In this document: piece after piece, positions 16,942 through 25,873 of the stretch
Position numbering within the stretch: position 1 is the first letter of the stretch
Layout: every line of letters starts with the position of its first letter
Assembly: GCA_964558575.1 (NCBI GenBank)
Contig: CAZLEQ010000008.1
Coordinates: forward strand, 1,274-65,273
Source of the DNA: an uncultured Acidimicrobiaceae bacterium
Lineage (GTDB): Bacteria; Actinomycetota; Acidimicrobiia; Spongiisociales; ZC4RG35
DNA: 64,000 bases
Reading direction: 5' to 3'
The notes under the pieces: model-generated
Databases searched by the model: none
What the model was told of the DNA's origin: nothing
The model's input: the letters and a program-made list of their open reading frames with translations, nothing else
Made by a program: the position numbers and the translations under genes

Positions 16942-17643
16942 TCAGCTCAGCGAACGTCCCCCGCCCACCACCACGACATGGCCGGTGATGTACGACGAGA
17001 GCGGGGTGAGCAGGAACCAGACCACGTTGGCGATCTCCTCGGGGGTGCCCATCCGCTCCAGAGGGATCGCCGAGATCATCTTGTCCAGCACATCTTCGGG
17101 TATGGCCATCGCCATCTCGGTGCCGATGAGCCCGGGGGCGATGGCGTTGACCCGGACCTGGGGGGCGAGGGAGAGGGCCATCGACCGGGTCAACCCGACC
17201 ACGCCGCCTTTCGACATCGAGTAATTGAACTGTCCGAAGTTGCCCAGATATGCCCGGGAGGCGATGTTGACTATCGATCCGCCCTCCGTGAACAGATCGG
17301 ATAGCGCGGTCGAGAGCCGGAAGGCGGCTCCGAGGTTGACGTCGAGGACAGCGGTGAAGTCCTCGTCCGTCATGTTGACGAGGCGGGCGTCGCGGGTGAT
17401 GCCGGCGTTGTTCACCAGGCCCATGAGGGGAGATCCGACGTCCTCCACCGCGCCTACGACCGCCGCCAGCCCAGCGTCGGTGGTGAGATCGACCTGGACC
17501 GGGAGGATGTCGGCATCGGCCAATCCCAACTCGGGAGCCAGGTCGACCCCGATGACGGTGAACGACGGGTTGGCGGCGAGCCGCTCGGCGATGGCGCGCC
17601 CGATGCCGCGCCCCGCTCCGGTCACGACGATGGAACCGGTCAC
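16942..17643 (-). CDS. SDR family oxidoreductase (FabG-like 3-oxoacyl/3-hydroxyacyl reductase)
   Basis: VVTGAGRGIGRAIA, NNAGI, catalytic S...YSMSKGG, PGLIGT, ITGHVVVVGGG. Confidence 0.9.
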   Translation of the reverse strand: MTGSIVVTGAGRGIGRAIAERLAANPSFTVIGVDLAPELGLADADILPVQVDLTTDAGLAAVVGAVEDVGSPLMGLVNNAGITRDARLVNMTDEDFTAVLDVNLGAAFRLSTALSDLFTEGGSIVNIASRAYLGNFGQFNYSMSKGGVVGLTRSMALSLAPQVRVNAIAPGLIGTEMAMAIPEDVLDKMISAIPLERMGTPEEIANVVWFLLTPLSSYITGHVVVVGGGRSLS

Positions 17644-18014
17644 GGGAGGGCCTTACCGAGATGGGAGGAACCAACCCGGATCAGCTCACCGGTGATTCCT
17701 TGTGAGTCCCCGGCCAGCCGCGCCGCCCAACCCTCGACCAGCTCCTCGTCGGCGTCGTCGTCGAAGGCGACCACGTTGGCGGTCCAGCCCTTGCGTGACC
17801 CCTCGATCGCCGCCGTGCGGGCGGCGGAGAGCAACCCGGCGGCCACCATGGCGTTCCCGGGCCCCCTTCGTCCCAGCAGGTCGTCGTGGTGGACGACGAA
17901 GACGAAGCTCTCTTCGCCCTGCGCCGCCGAGCGCGCCACCTCGAAGCCGCGGGTCAACTCGGCTCGCACCTCTCCCCAGTCGTCGGCCACGAGTCGGGCG
18001 CGATGGATTTTCAT
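17640..18014 (-). CDS. Half-length SDR-like protein lacking the Rossmann NAD motif and the catalytic Tyr/Lys
   Basis: The 124-aa ORF aligns by eye to the C-terminal half of an SDR (GNAMVAAGLLSAARTAAIE..ANVVAF...ITGELIRVG). YxxxK is replaced by MVAAG. ATGA overlaps join it to both neighbours. Confidence 0.5.
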   Translation of the reverse strand: MKIHRARLVADDWGEVRAELTRGFEVARSAAQGEESFVFVVHHDDLLGRRGPGNAMVAAGLLSAARTAAIEGSRKGWTANVVAFDDDADEELVEGWAARLAGDSQGITGELIRVGSSHLGKALP

Positions 18015-19192
18015 GAGCTGACCGCCCTCCCCTCCCCGATCATCTTCTCGACGGTGTCATCGTCGACTCCCATCTCGTAGAGGATGTCACGAGTGTGCTG
18101 GCCCAGGGCGGGAGGGAGAGCATCGGCGCGTGCTTGGGCTCCGTCGATGCGAAGCGGTGAGCCGGTGGTTCGGACTTGGCCTGCCGTTGGATGCTCGAAC
18201 TCCACGAGCATCCCATGGTGGCGGGCCTGTGGGTCGTCGAACGCCTCGGCGATGGTGAGCACCCGGCCCACGGGCAGCCCCGCCCTCTCCAGGAGTTCGA
18301 TCCAATACTCGACCCCCTCTGACTTGAAGACACGGGACAGCTTTCGGGCCAGAGACTCACGGTCTGCCATCCGCTCTTCATTGGTCGGGTACGTTTCGGC
18401 GAGGTCTCCCCGCTCTATGGCGTCGCAGAGCAGCTCGAAGTGTCGATCGGAGACGATGGCGAGGGTGAAGTGGCCGTCGGCGGCCTCGAACACCTGATTG
18501 GGGGCGAGGAACGGGCTGGCAGTGCCGGTTCGCTCTGGCTGGCGGCGGGAGGTGAAGGCGAGGGCGTTCCAGCCGGACTGGACCGCGAGCAGCCCGTCTC
18601 GGAGGCTGACGTCGATCCGCCGGCCCCGCCTCGGCCGCTCCGCCAGGGCGGCGCTGATCGTCAAGGCGGCGTTGGTGCCGGCCACATAGTCACCGATGGT
18701 GGTGGCGGTCTTGCGGGGCCCGTCCTTGGGGTCACCGGTGATCGAGATCATCCCCGACTCACCCTGGAAGATGACGTCGATGCCCGGTCGTTTGGCATAG
18801 GGACCGTCAGATCCGAAGGCAGACACCGCGGCGTAGATGATCCCCGGGTTCAGCTGCCGGCAGCGCTCCTCGCCCATTCCCAATCGCTCCATGGCGCCGT
18901 GACGGAGGTTGTGGAGCACCACGTCGGCCTTGCGCACCAGGTTGTCGAGCACTCGCTTCGACACCCAGTCTCTGGTGTCGAGGGAGAGTGACTCCTTTCC
19001 CCGGTTGACCGCCATGAAGAACGCCGACTCCCCAACTTGGTAGGGGCCGAATTGACGTCCGAGATCACCGGAAGGAGGCTCGACCTTGATGACCCTCGCC
19101 CCGAGGTCGGCGAGCAGCATGCCCGCGTAGGGGGCGGCGATGAGGTTGCCGAACTCGACGACGGTCACCCCGTCGAGTGGCTCAGCGGCCAT
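18011..19192 (-). CDS. CaiB/BaiF family (class III) CoA-transferase
   Basis: LDGVTVVEFGNLIAAPYAGMLLADLGARVIKVEPP.GD motif plus the conserved Asp region GDYVAG. The start was trimmed to MAAEPLDG. Confidence 0.85.
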   Translation of the reverse strand: MAAEPLDGVTVVEFGNLIAAPYAGMLLADLGARVIKVEPPSGDLGRQFGPYQVGESAFFMAVNRGKESLSLDTRDWVSKRVLDNLVRKADVVLHNLRHGAMERLGMGEERCRQLNPGIIYAAVSAFGSDGPYAKRPGIDVIFQGESGMISITGDPKDGPRKTATTIGDYVAGTNAALTISAALAERPRRGRRIDVSLRDGLLAVQSGWNALAFTSRRQPERTGTASPFLAPNQVFEAADGHFTLAIVSDRHFELLCDAIERGDLAETYPTNEERMADRESLARKLSRVFKSEGVEYWIELLERAGLPVGRVLTIAEAFDDPQARHHGMLVEFEHPTAGQVRTTGSPLRIDGAQARADALPPALGQHTRDILYEMGVDDDTVEKMIGEGRAVSS

Positions 19193-19200
19193 CGAACTGC

Positions 19201-20409
19201 CTACACACGTTCGACGACCGTGCTGATCCCCTGGCCGACGCCGATGCACATCGTCGCCAGACCGTAACGCCCCTTCCGTCGGCCCAGCTCGTGGACGAGG
19301 GTGACCATGATGCGGGCCCCGGAGGCGCCGAGCGGGTGGCCGATGGCGATCGCACCACCATTCACGTTGACTTTCTCCGGGTCGAGCTCCAACAGACGCA
19401 TGCTGGCGAGGCTCTGGGAGGCGAAGGCCTCATTGAGCTCGACGAGGTCGAGATCCTCGACGGTGAGGCCCGCCCGAGCCAGGGCCTTCTCGGAAGCGGG
19501 CACCGGTCCGATTCCCATGATGTCGGGGTGGACGCCGGCCGCCCCGGAGGAGACGATGCGAGCGATTGGGGTGAGGTGGTGTCTCTCCAGCCCGGATTCG
19601 GTGGCGAGCAGCAGGGCGGCCGCCCCGTCGTTCATCGGGGACGAATTGCCCGCGGTCACCGAACCTCCCTCCTTGAACACCGGGCGGAGCTTGCCGAGAG
19701 CCTCGAGTGTGGTGTCCGCTCGTGGCCCCTCGTCGTCCCCGAGAGTGACCGTCGACCGGCGGCGTGGGTCGGCGGGAGCGTCGATGGGCTCGATCTCGTC
19801 TCCGAAGCGTCCCTCCTCGACGGCGGCGACCGATTTCTGATGGCTGGCGAGAGCGAAGGCGTCCTGGTCCTCACGACTGATGTCGTACTTCTCGGCGACC
19901 GCCTCGGCGGTCATCCCGAGGGTGATCGGGGGGTAGAGACGCTCCATCTCGGGGTTGATCAGCCGCCATCCGAGCACGGTGTCCGCCGAGTCGGGAAACC
20001 CGGTGGCGAAACCCCTCTCCGGCTTGCTGACCACGTAGGGGGCGCGGCTCATCGACTCCGACCCGCCGGCGATGATCACCTCACCCCATCCGTCGCTCAG
20101 GGCGTGTGTGGCCGAGACCACCGCCTGCATCCCGGACCCGCACAATCGGTTGACGGTGGCGCCGGGCACCTCGATGGGTAGCCCGGCAAGGAGCCCTGCC
20201 ATGCGAGCCACGTTGCGGTTGTCCTCTCCGGCCTGGTTGGCGGCGCCCCATTGGATGTCCTCGACCGCCCTCGGATCGAGGTCGGGGGTTCGGTCCATCA
20301 GGCTCTTGATCGCGTGGGCGGCGAGGTCGTCGGGCCGGACGAGTGCCAGTTGCCCACCCAATTTCCCCATAGGGGTCCGACAGGCGTCCACGATGTATAC
20401 GTCGGTCAT
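19201..20409 (-). CDS. Acetyl-CoA C-acyltransferase (thiolase)
   Basis: VYIVDACRTPMGK, NRLCGSGMQAV (active Cys), NEAFA, GGAIAIGHPLGASG, CIGVGQG. The start was trimmed to MTDVYIV. Confidence 0.9.
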   Translation of the reverse strand: MTDVYIVDACRTPMGKLGGQLALVRPDDLAAHAIKSLMDRTPDLDPRAVEDIQWGAANQAGEDNRNVARMAGLLAGLPIEVPGATVNRLCGSGMQAVVSATHALSDGWGEVIIAGGSESMSRAPYVVSKPERGFATGFPDSADTVLGWRLINPEMERLYPPITLGMTAEAVAEKYDISREDQDAFALASHQKSVAAVEEGRFGDEIEPIDAPADPRRRSTVTLGDDEGPRADTTLEALGKLRPVFKEGGSVTAGNSSPMNDGAAALLLATESGLERHHLTPIARIVSSGAAGVHPDIMGIGPVPASEKALARAGLTVEDLDLVELNEAFASQSLASMRLLELDPEKVNVNGGAIAIGHPLGASGARIMVTLVHELGRRKGRYGLATMCIGVGQGISTVVERV

Positions 20410-20457
20410 CTCGCCCCCAATCTTGGTCGATCGGGCACTGCCACGGGCCCCCAATCA

Positions 20458-20510
20458 CCTTTGTGAAGGAAAAAGGCGCTGAGTGCGCCCGAAATCTTCA
20501 CAGAACGATT
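20458..20510. repeat. About 50-nt nested-hairpin repeat, family 2, copy B
   Basis: TGTGAAG-GAAAAA-GGCGC-TGAGT-GCGCC-CGAAAT-CTTCACA-GAACG. About 80 percent identical to the reverse complement of 11658-11709. Confidence 0.6.
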
Positions 20511-20530
20511 GTTGGTACGGTTTGGCGGCG

Positions 20531-21091
20531 ATGGACAGACCCGACCAACTCAATTTCACCGAAGACGAGACCGCCAACGAGCTACTCGCCAGCGACGGAC
20601 TCGCCCTCCTCATCGGGATGCTGCTCGACCAGCAGTTTCCCATGGAGCGCGCCTTCTACGGCCCCCAGCTCCTCAGGGAGCGTCTCGGGGAGGACCTCGA
20701 CGAAGCGCGAATCGCCGGTTGGGACCCCGAGGAGCTCGCTTCGATCTTCCAGGGCCCTCCCGCCATCCACCGTTATTGGTCGGCCATGGCCAAGCGCGCC
20801 CAAGCCCTCTGTCAGGCGCTAGTCGACGAATACGAGGGCAGGGCCGAGAACTTGTGGGAGACCGCGGACAGCGGTACGGAGCTGCTCAGGAGACTCAAGG
20901 GTCTCCCCGGGTTCGGCGAGGCCAAAGCCCGCATCTTCGTCGGCGTACTCGGCAAACGTCTCGGGGTGAGGCCGGAGGGATGGGGGGAAAAGGCAGCCGA
21001 TTGGCCCTCGGTTGCCGATGTGGCCACCTTCGACGACGTTGCCGTGCTCCGGGAGCAGAAGCGCGCCATGAAGGAAGCCAAAAAGGGCTGA
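20531..21091 (+). CDS. HhH-GPD-type base-excision DNA repair family protein
   Basis: LALLIGMLLDQQ.PME.AF.GP..L..RLG, LKGLPGFGE.KA.IF. The start was set at MDRPDQL, and the upstream part of the track ORF overlaps the repeat. Confidence 0.7.
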   Translation: MDRPDQLNFTEDETANELLASDGLALLIGMLLDQQFPMERAFYGPQLLRERLGEDLDEARIAGWDPEELASIFQGPPAIHRYWSAMAKRAQALCQALVDEYEGRAENLWETADSGTELLRRLKGLPGFGEAKARIFVGVLGKRLGVRPEGWGEKAADWPSVADVATFDDVAVLREQKRAMKEAKKG

Positions 21092-21148
21092 AGTCCGCTC
21101 GATCTTCTGTCGATCTCTTCCGATACCTACTTTCCAGAGAGGACCACG

Positions 21149-22075
21149 TTGGAAGGACAGAATCTCTCGGGTCAGATTGCCGATTGGAGCATCAACGACC
21201 TGCTCCAGATCATGCAGGTGACCAAGAAGACCGGCTCGCTCGACATCGCAGGTGATCGTCGCGGCCGGATTCACTTCGTCGATGGGGTCGTCACCGGGGC
21301 GGAGCTCTCCGGGGACAAGGGCATCTATCGGGGCACCGACCGGGGGTCGATTGCCGACATCCTCTACGTCCTCTCGACACTCGAGAGCGGTACCTTCGGA
21401 GTCGGGGCCGCCGACGGGCCCGATGGCGACGGCCTGGCCGTCGCGGAGGTGATGGGAGAGGTCGCCGCGCTGCGCTCTCTCGAAGGTGAGGTCATCGACG
21501 CCGGGCTCTTCGAGGCCCCTGGGGTTCGTCTCGTCAAGGAGATCGTGAAGCCGCTCACCATGGAGCCCGAGGACTGGCAGGCAATCGTGACTCTGGTGCA
21601 ACCGTTTACTTTCGACTACCTCGAGGCTCGGGTCGGGCGGGGCGGTGCGGTACGCGTATTCCACACCCTGCACCGTCTCGGAGTCGCCGAGGCCTTCGAC
21701 GGTGACGACGAGTCTGACTGGCTCGACCAGCTCGCCGGGGGCCTGGCCGCGACATCATCGGAGCCGACCTGGCTGGAACACGTCGATGAGAGCCCCGCGG
21801 CGGCGATGGAGAGCGAGCTCCAGGTCGCCCAGGAGACCGCACCGAAGCACAACGCCCACGCCGAGGAGCCAGTCGCCGAACCGGCCGTCGATGCCGCTGC
21901 GGATGCATCGAGCCCAGAGGACGAGCCCGGGCCACCCGTGGAACCGGCGACGACGGAACGGCCAGCACAGCCGGCCGAGGTGCGTGGGGTTTCGGCCCAC
22001 GCTTCGACGACCCTCACCGACGGGGTATATGACGAGATCCGCCGGCTTCGTAGCAAGGTCAGAGAGGGCAAGTAG
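21149..22075 (+). CDS. DUF4388 domain protein with an acidic/Pro-rich C-terminal tail
   Basis: The N-terminus G.I.DWSINDLLQIMQVTKKTGSLDI....GRIHFVDG.V matches the DUF4388 (PatA-N-like) signature. TTG start follows AGAGAGGA. Confidence 0.65.
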   Translation: MEGQNLSGQIADWSINDLLQIMQVTKKTGSLDIAGDRRGRIHFVDGVVTGAELSGDKGIYRGTDRGSIADILYVLSTLESGTFGVGAADGPDGDGLAVAEVMGEVAALRSLEGEVIDAGLFEAPGVRLVKEIVKPLTMEPEDWQAIVTLVQPFTFDYLEARVGRGGAVRVFHTLHRLGVAEAFDGDDESDWLDQLAGGLAATSSEPTWLEHVDESPAAAMESELQVAQETAPKHNAHAEEPVAEPAVDAAADASSPEDEPGPPVEPATTERPAQPAEVRGVSAHASTTLTDGVYDEIRRLRSKVREGK

Positions 22076-22182
22076 ACCGGTTTCTCCCCGGGAGGAAGGC
22101 GACGTCGCCGAGGGAGGGGTCTCTTCGCCGCCCCGGCTGACGCCGATCCGTCGTTGGTGCCACCCACTAGCCTCGCTCGCCG

Positions 22183-22818
22183 ATGCCCGAGCGGAGCCCG
22201 CCACAGCCTGATCGCCCCCTGTTCATAGGTCTCGCCGGTGGCTCGGGGTCGGGCAAGACCACCATTGCCGAAGAGGTCGTGAACCGTCTCGAAGGTCGGG
22301 TCGCCCTGCTCCACCACGACGCCTACTACCGGCATCGGGTCGATCTCAGTTTCGAGGAGCGGACACAGGTCAACTACGACCATCCCGGCTCGCTGGAGAC
22401 AGAGCTGCTGGTGAAGCATCTGGAGCAGCTTCGGTCAGGGCTTGCAATCGAGGGCCCGGTCTACGACTTCGCCGAGCACCTCCGCTCGGACGAGACCGTT
22501 CGTATCGAGCCGGCTCGGGTGGTGGTGGTGGAGGGGATACTGGCGTTGTCCGATGCACGGCTCCGCTCCGAGTTCGACCTCAAGATATTCGTGGACACCG
22601 ACTCCGATCTCCGTCTCGCCCGCCGCCTGGAGCGCGACATCACCGAACGGGGCCGCTCGGTGGCTTCGGTACTCAGCCAGTACTTCGCCACCGTCCGACC
22701 GATGCACCTCGAGTTCGTGGAGCCTTCGCGGTGCTATGCCGACCTGATCATTCCCGAAGGCTTCAACCCGGCTGCGGTGGCCACCGTCGTCGAGCTGATA
22801 CGGTCCCGACTCACCTGA
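22183..22818 (+). CDS. udk: Uridine kinase
   Basis: IGLAGGSGSGKTT P-loop, HDAYY, NYDHP.S.E, VVVVEGIL, D.DLRLARRL.RD..ERGR. Confidence 0.9.
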   Translation: MPERSPPQPDRPLFIGLAGGSGSGKTTIAEEVVNRLEGRVALLHHDAYYRHRVDLSFEERTQVNYDHPGSLETELLVKHLEQLRSGLAIEGPVYDFAEHLRSDETVRIEPARVVVVEGILALSDARLRSEFDLKIFVDTDSDLRLARRLERDITERGRSVASVLSQYFATVRPMHLEFVEPSRCYADLIIPEGFNPAAVATVVELIRSRLT

Positions 22819-22842
22819 TACGACCCCGACGAAGAAGGGCAG

Positions 22843-24057
22843 TCAGATGATCCACAGCTCTTCCTGACGACCGTCGAGGAAAGTGACCCCGTTGGCCCCG
22901 AGGAAGGCGTCCTCCTCCAGCATGATCTTGACGGTCTGGCCCTCCCACTCCGGTGTCTCCACCTCGACGGCGAGCTCGATCGACCACCCGGTGTCTACTC
23001 CGATCGGATAGTCACCAGCGCCCTCGACGTGGTCCTGGTTGTCCCAGAGACCGATCGTCGCCCCGGCGGCGTGACCGTGGAGCCCGATGGGGTGGGTGTA
23101 GACGATGGATCGGATGCCGTCTCCCTTCGCCCGCGCCAGGGTGGACCTCAGTGCCTGGTTTCCCGATCGCCCTGGGGTCATCTCGCTCATCAGGATGTCC
23201 TGGAGCCGGTTGGCCTGAGCCAGCCCGGTGATGAAGGAGGATGGCGGCTCGTTCTCGCCCTCAGCGAGGAGGTAGCCATGCTGCTGCTGGTCGGTGTGAT
23301 AGCCGCCGCGGACGATGCCGAAGTCGATGTGGACCAGATCGCCGGGCAGGATCTCCCGGTCCTCGATCCCGTCTGCGGGGGAGGAAGCTCCGTCCCCGCG
23401 ACGCTGCACCGTGACTCCAGGGTGGAACCAGATCCCATGACCCGAGTCGTGGGCGGTCTGGGTCAGCCACCAGGCCACATCCTGTGTCGTGGTCTTCCCC
23501 GGTTCGATCACCTCGCTGGACAGGGCTCGTTGCAGGAAGCCGTGGGCGATGTGACACGCCTCCGCCATGAGCGGCACCTCCTGTTCGACGCGCGTCTCCA
23601 GCCAGCCAATGGCGAGACTCTCAGCGGACTCGAGACGGTGACTGTCGAGGGCTCGGGCAATGGCGTGGTGCTCAGTGGAGGTGAGCCCGTCGGCGAGCCC
23701 GAAGACATTGGAGGTATTGATGCCGACGGGCCCCTCGACCTCGGCGAGATAGCCGGCGAGGGCGGCCCACTGGTCCGACTGGGCGGGATCCCACACCGAG
23801 GGGAAGCTGCCGACGGGGTAACGGGAGATGGCGCCCCGCTCCCGGCCCCGTTCTCGGAACACGAGGATGGTGCGACGACGCGCCGTTCCCAGCCACGTCG
23901 CCGGCAACATGGTGCGGGCAATGGGGTCCTCGTTGTACTCGCGGGCGTCGATGACCCACGCCTCGAATCCGTGTCGGTCCATGAGGTCGGGGACGATGGT
24001 GTCGAGTCGGCGCTCGGTGAGCCGGTCTCGCTCGGTTGCGGTAGACCTGAGATCCAT
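22843..24057 (-). CDS. M24 family metallopeptidase (Xaa-Pro aminopeptidase/creatinase-like)
   Basis: PGDLVHIDFG....GY.TD, HPIGLHGH, and SIELAVE metal-ligand motifs. The start was trimmed to MDLRSTATE because the 115-aa upstream extension overlaps proC. Confidence 0.8.
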   Translation of the reverse strand: MDLRSTATERDRLTERRLDTIVPDLMDRHGFEAWVIDAREYNEDPIARTMLPATWLGTARRRTILVFRERGRERGAISRYPVGSFPSVWDPAQSDQWAALAGYLAEVEGPVGINTSNVFGLADGLTSTEHHAIARALDSHRLESAESLAIGWLETRVEQEVPLMAEACHIAHGFLQRALSSEVIEPGKTTTQDVAWWLTQTAHDSGHGIWFHPGVTVQRRGDGASSPADGIEDREILPGDLVHIDFGIVRGGYHTDQQQHGYLLAEGENEPPSSFITGLAQANRLQDILMSEMTPGRSGNQALRSTLARAKGDGIRSIVYTHPIGLHGHAAGATIGLWDNQDHVEGAGDYPIGVDTGWSIELAVEVETPEWEGQTVKIMLEEDAFLGANGVTFLDGRQEELWII

Positions 24058-24094
24058 TGGAGCGAAGGTAACAGCGCTCCTTAGAATCGCGGAC

Positions 24095-24907
24095 GTGACG
24101 AAACGATCGAGTGTGGCCGTCGTGGGTGTCGGGGCCATGGGGGAGGCGTTGGTCTCCGGACTGCTCGGAGCCGGTTGGGAGCCCCACGAGATCACCTTGT
24201 GCGTGCGCCGCATGGATCGCGGCGACGAGCTCGCCCACCGGACGGGCTGTCCTGTGGTGCTCGACCCCGTGGAGGCCATCGAGGGCCGAGAGGTGATCGT
24301 GATCGGGGTCAAGCCGCGCGACGTGGTCGAGTTGCTGAAGAAGCTGGCCGGGGAGATAGCCGAAGGCCAGATCGTGGTCTCCCTGGCGGCCGGGGTCACC
24401 ACTCAGACCTACGAGTCCCAGCTCGGTGCGGTACCCGTGGTCAGGGCCATGCCCAACACGCCTGCTTTGGTCGGGGAAGGCGTCACCGGCCTGGCCCCCG
24501 GAGGTCACGCCGGCACCGACCATCTCGACACCGCCCGGGAGGTGCTCGGTGCCGTGGGCTCGGTTCGGATCATGGAGGAGTCCCTCCTCGATGCTGTCAC
24601 TGCCGTCTCTGGGACCGGTCCCGCATACGTATTCCTCCTGGCGGAAGCCCTCACCGAGGCCGCGATGCGCGAGGGCCTGCCCCGGGACGTGGCGGAGAAC
24701 TTCGTCCATCAGACCATCAGGGGAGCGGGCCATCTCCTCACGGACACCGGGAAGAGCCCGGCCCGACTCCGCTACGAGGTGACCTCGCCCGGGGGGACCA
24801 CCGCCGCGGCGATGCATGTCCTGGAGGAGAAGGGGTTTCGAGCGGTGGTCGAGGACGCGGTGAGGGCTGCGGCGATCAGGGCCCGTGAGTTGGGGAGCGG
24901 AGCCTGA
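24095..24907 (+). CDS. proC: Pyrroline-5-carboxylate reductase
   Basis: VAVVGVGAMGEAL, IGVKP, RAMPNTPA.VGEG, VSGTGPAYVF...EAL, TSPGGTT. The GTG start at 24095 was chosen to clear the divergent peptidase gene. Confidence 0.85.
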   Translation: MTKRSSVAVVGVGAMGEALVSGLLGAGWEPHEITLCVRRMDRGDELAHRTGCPVVLDPVEAIEGREVIVIGVKPRDVVELLKKLAGEIAEGQIVVSLAAGVTTQTYESQLGAVPVVRAMPNTPALVGEGVTGLAPGGHAGTDHLDTAREVLGAVGSVRIMEESLLDAVTAVSGTGPAYVFLLAEALTEAAMREGLPRDVAENFVHQTIRGAGHLLTDTGKSPARLRYEVTSPGGTTAAAMHVLEEKGFRAVVEDAVRAAAIRARELGSGA

Positions 24908-24927
24908 GCCTGTTCTCCAGAGCCACG

Positions 24928-25815
24928 GTGGCGGTCACCGGAGCCGCACCCGTCGAGAAGCTGGTCACCGGGACACGTCCGGGTCGCGCTCTCGCGGAGC
25001 GCTTCGTGGCGGGTGACACCCTCTCCGACGCCGTGGCGGTTGCCCGGAGCCTCAATACCCACGGTTTCCTCGTCTCGCTCGATCTGCTCGGTGAGGAGGT
25101 CTACGACCACGCCTCCGCCCTGGCCGCCACCGAGGAGTATCTCGAGTGCCTCGACCGGATCGGGAGCGAAGGCCTGGAGGCAAACATCTCGGTCAAGCCC
25201 ACCCAGCTCGGCCTGGCGATCGACGAGTCGCTGGCCATGTCGGCGATCTCGCGTCTCGGGGAGAGGGCTGCCGACAGCGGTACCACGGTGACTCTCGACA
25301 TGGAGGACTCCCGTTACACCGAGGCGACGGTCAGGCTGTTCGAGAAAGGCCAGGCATCGCATGGGAACCTCGGGATCGCTTTGCAGTCATGCATGCGCCG
25401 CACTCCGTCGGACCTGGAGCGGACGGTGCCGCTGGGTGGGCATATCCGGCTCTGCAAAGGCGCTTACGTGGAACCTCCAGAGGTGGCTTACACCTCGAGC
25501 GCCGACGTGGATCGGGCCTTCGCCGAGCAGCTCCGGGTGCTGATGGAATCGCCGTCGACCACCCCGGCGGTGGCAACCCACGACGACTCCTTGATCGATC
25601 TCACCCGCGAGCTGGCGGCGGAACGGGACGGGCCGTTCGAGTTCCAGATGCTCTTCGGGGTGAGGAACGAGCTGCAACAGGAACTGGTCGCCGCCGGGCA
25701 TCCGCTCCGCATCTACCTCCCCTTCGGCTCCCAGTGGTACCCGTACCTCACCCGCCGTCTGGCCGAGCGGCCGGCAAACGCGCTCTTCTTCGCCAGGGCC
25801 CTGTTCGGCAAGTGA
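24928..25815 (+). CDS. Proline dehydrogenase (monofunctional PutA-like)
   Basis: ISVKPTQLG, VTLDMEDS, G.ALQSC..RT, RLCKGAY.EP, ATHD, F..L.G.R, YLPFG..WYPY..RRLAERPAN. Confidence 0.85.
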   Translation: MAVTGAAPVEKLVTGTRPGRALAERFVAGDTLSDAVAVARSLNTHGFLVSLDLLGEEVYDHASALAATEEYLECLDRIGSEGLEANISVKPTQLGLAIDESLAMSAISRLGERAADSGTTVTLDMEDSRYTEATVRLFEKGQASHGNLGIALQSCMRRTPSDLERTVPLGGHIRLCKGAYVEPPEVAYTSSADVDRAFAEQLRVLMESPSTTPAVATHDDSLIDLTRELAAERDGPFEFQMLFGVRNELQQELVAAGHPLRIYLPFGSQWYPYLTRRLAERPANALFFARALFGK

Positions 25816-25873
25816 TCCGGCGCCGGCGACCGAGATCCGCTCGACCGGATGGCGGTGGCCATACGATCGCAAC

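Noticed and set aside
20395-20465. An apparent 1-nt discrepancy between my reading of the printed sequence and the ORF-track translations, which looked like a frameshift at the thiolase start.
   Set aside because: Three independent track ORFs (19201..20454, 20081..20458, 20072..20482) read through this region consistently. Coordinates on either side check out. I attribute the discrepancy to my own reading of the printed line, not to a real frameshift. I used track-derived coordinates.
22843-24907. Head-to-head overlap of about 575 nt between track ORFs 22843..24402 (minus) and 23828..24907 (plus).
   Set aside because: The domain signatures begin at MDLRSTATE (24057) for the M24 peptidase and at VTKRSSVAVVGVGAMG (24095) for ProC. 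The overlapping N-terminal extensions are low-complexity. I trimmed both starts, which leaves a 37-nt divergent gap.
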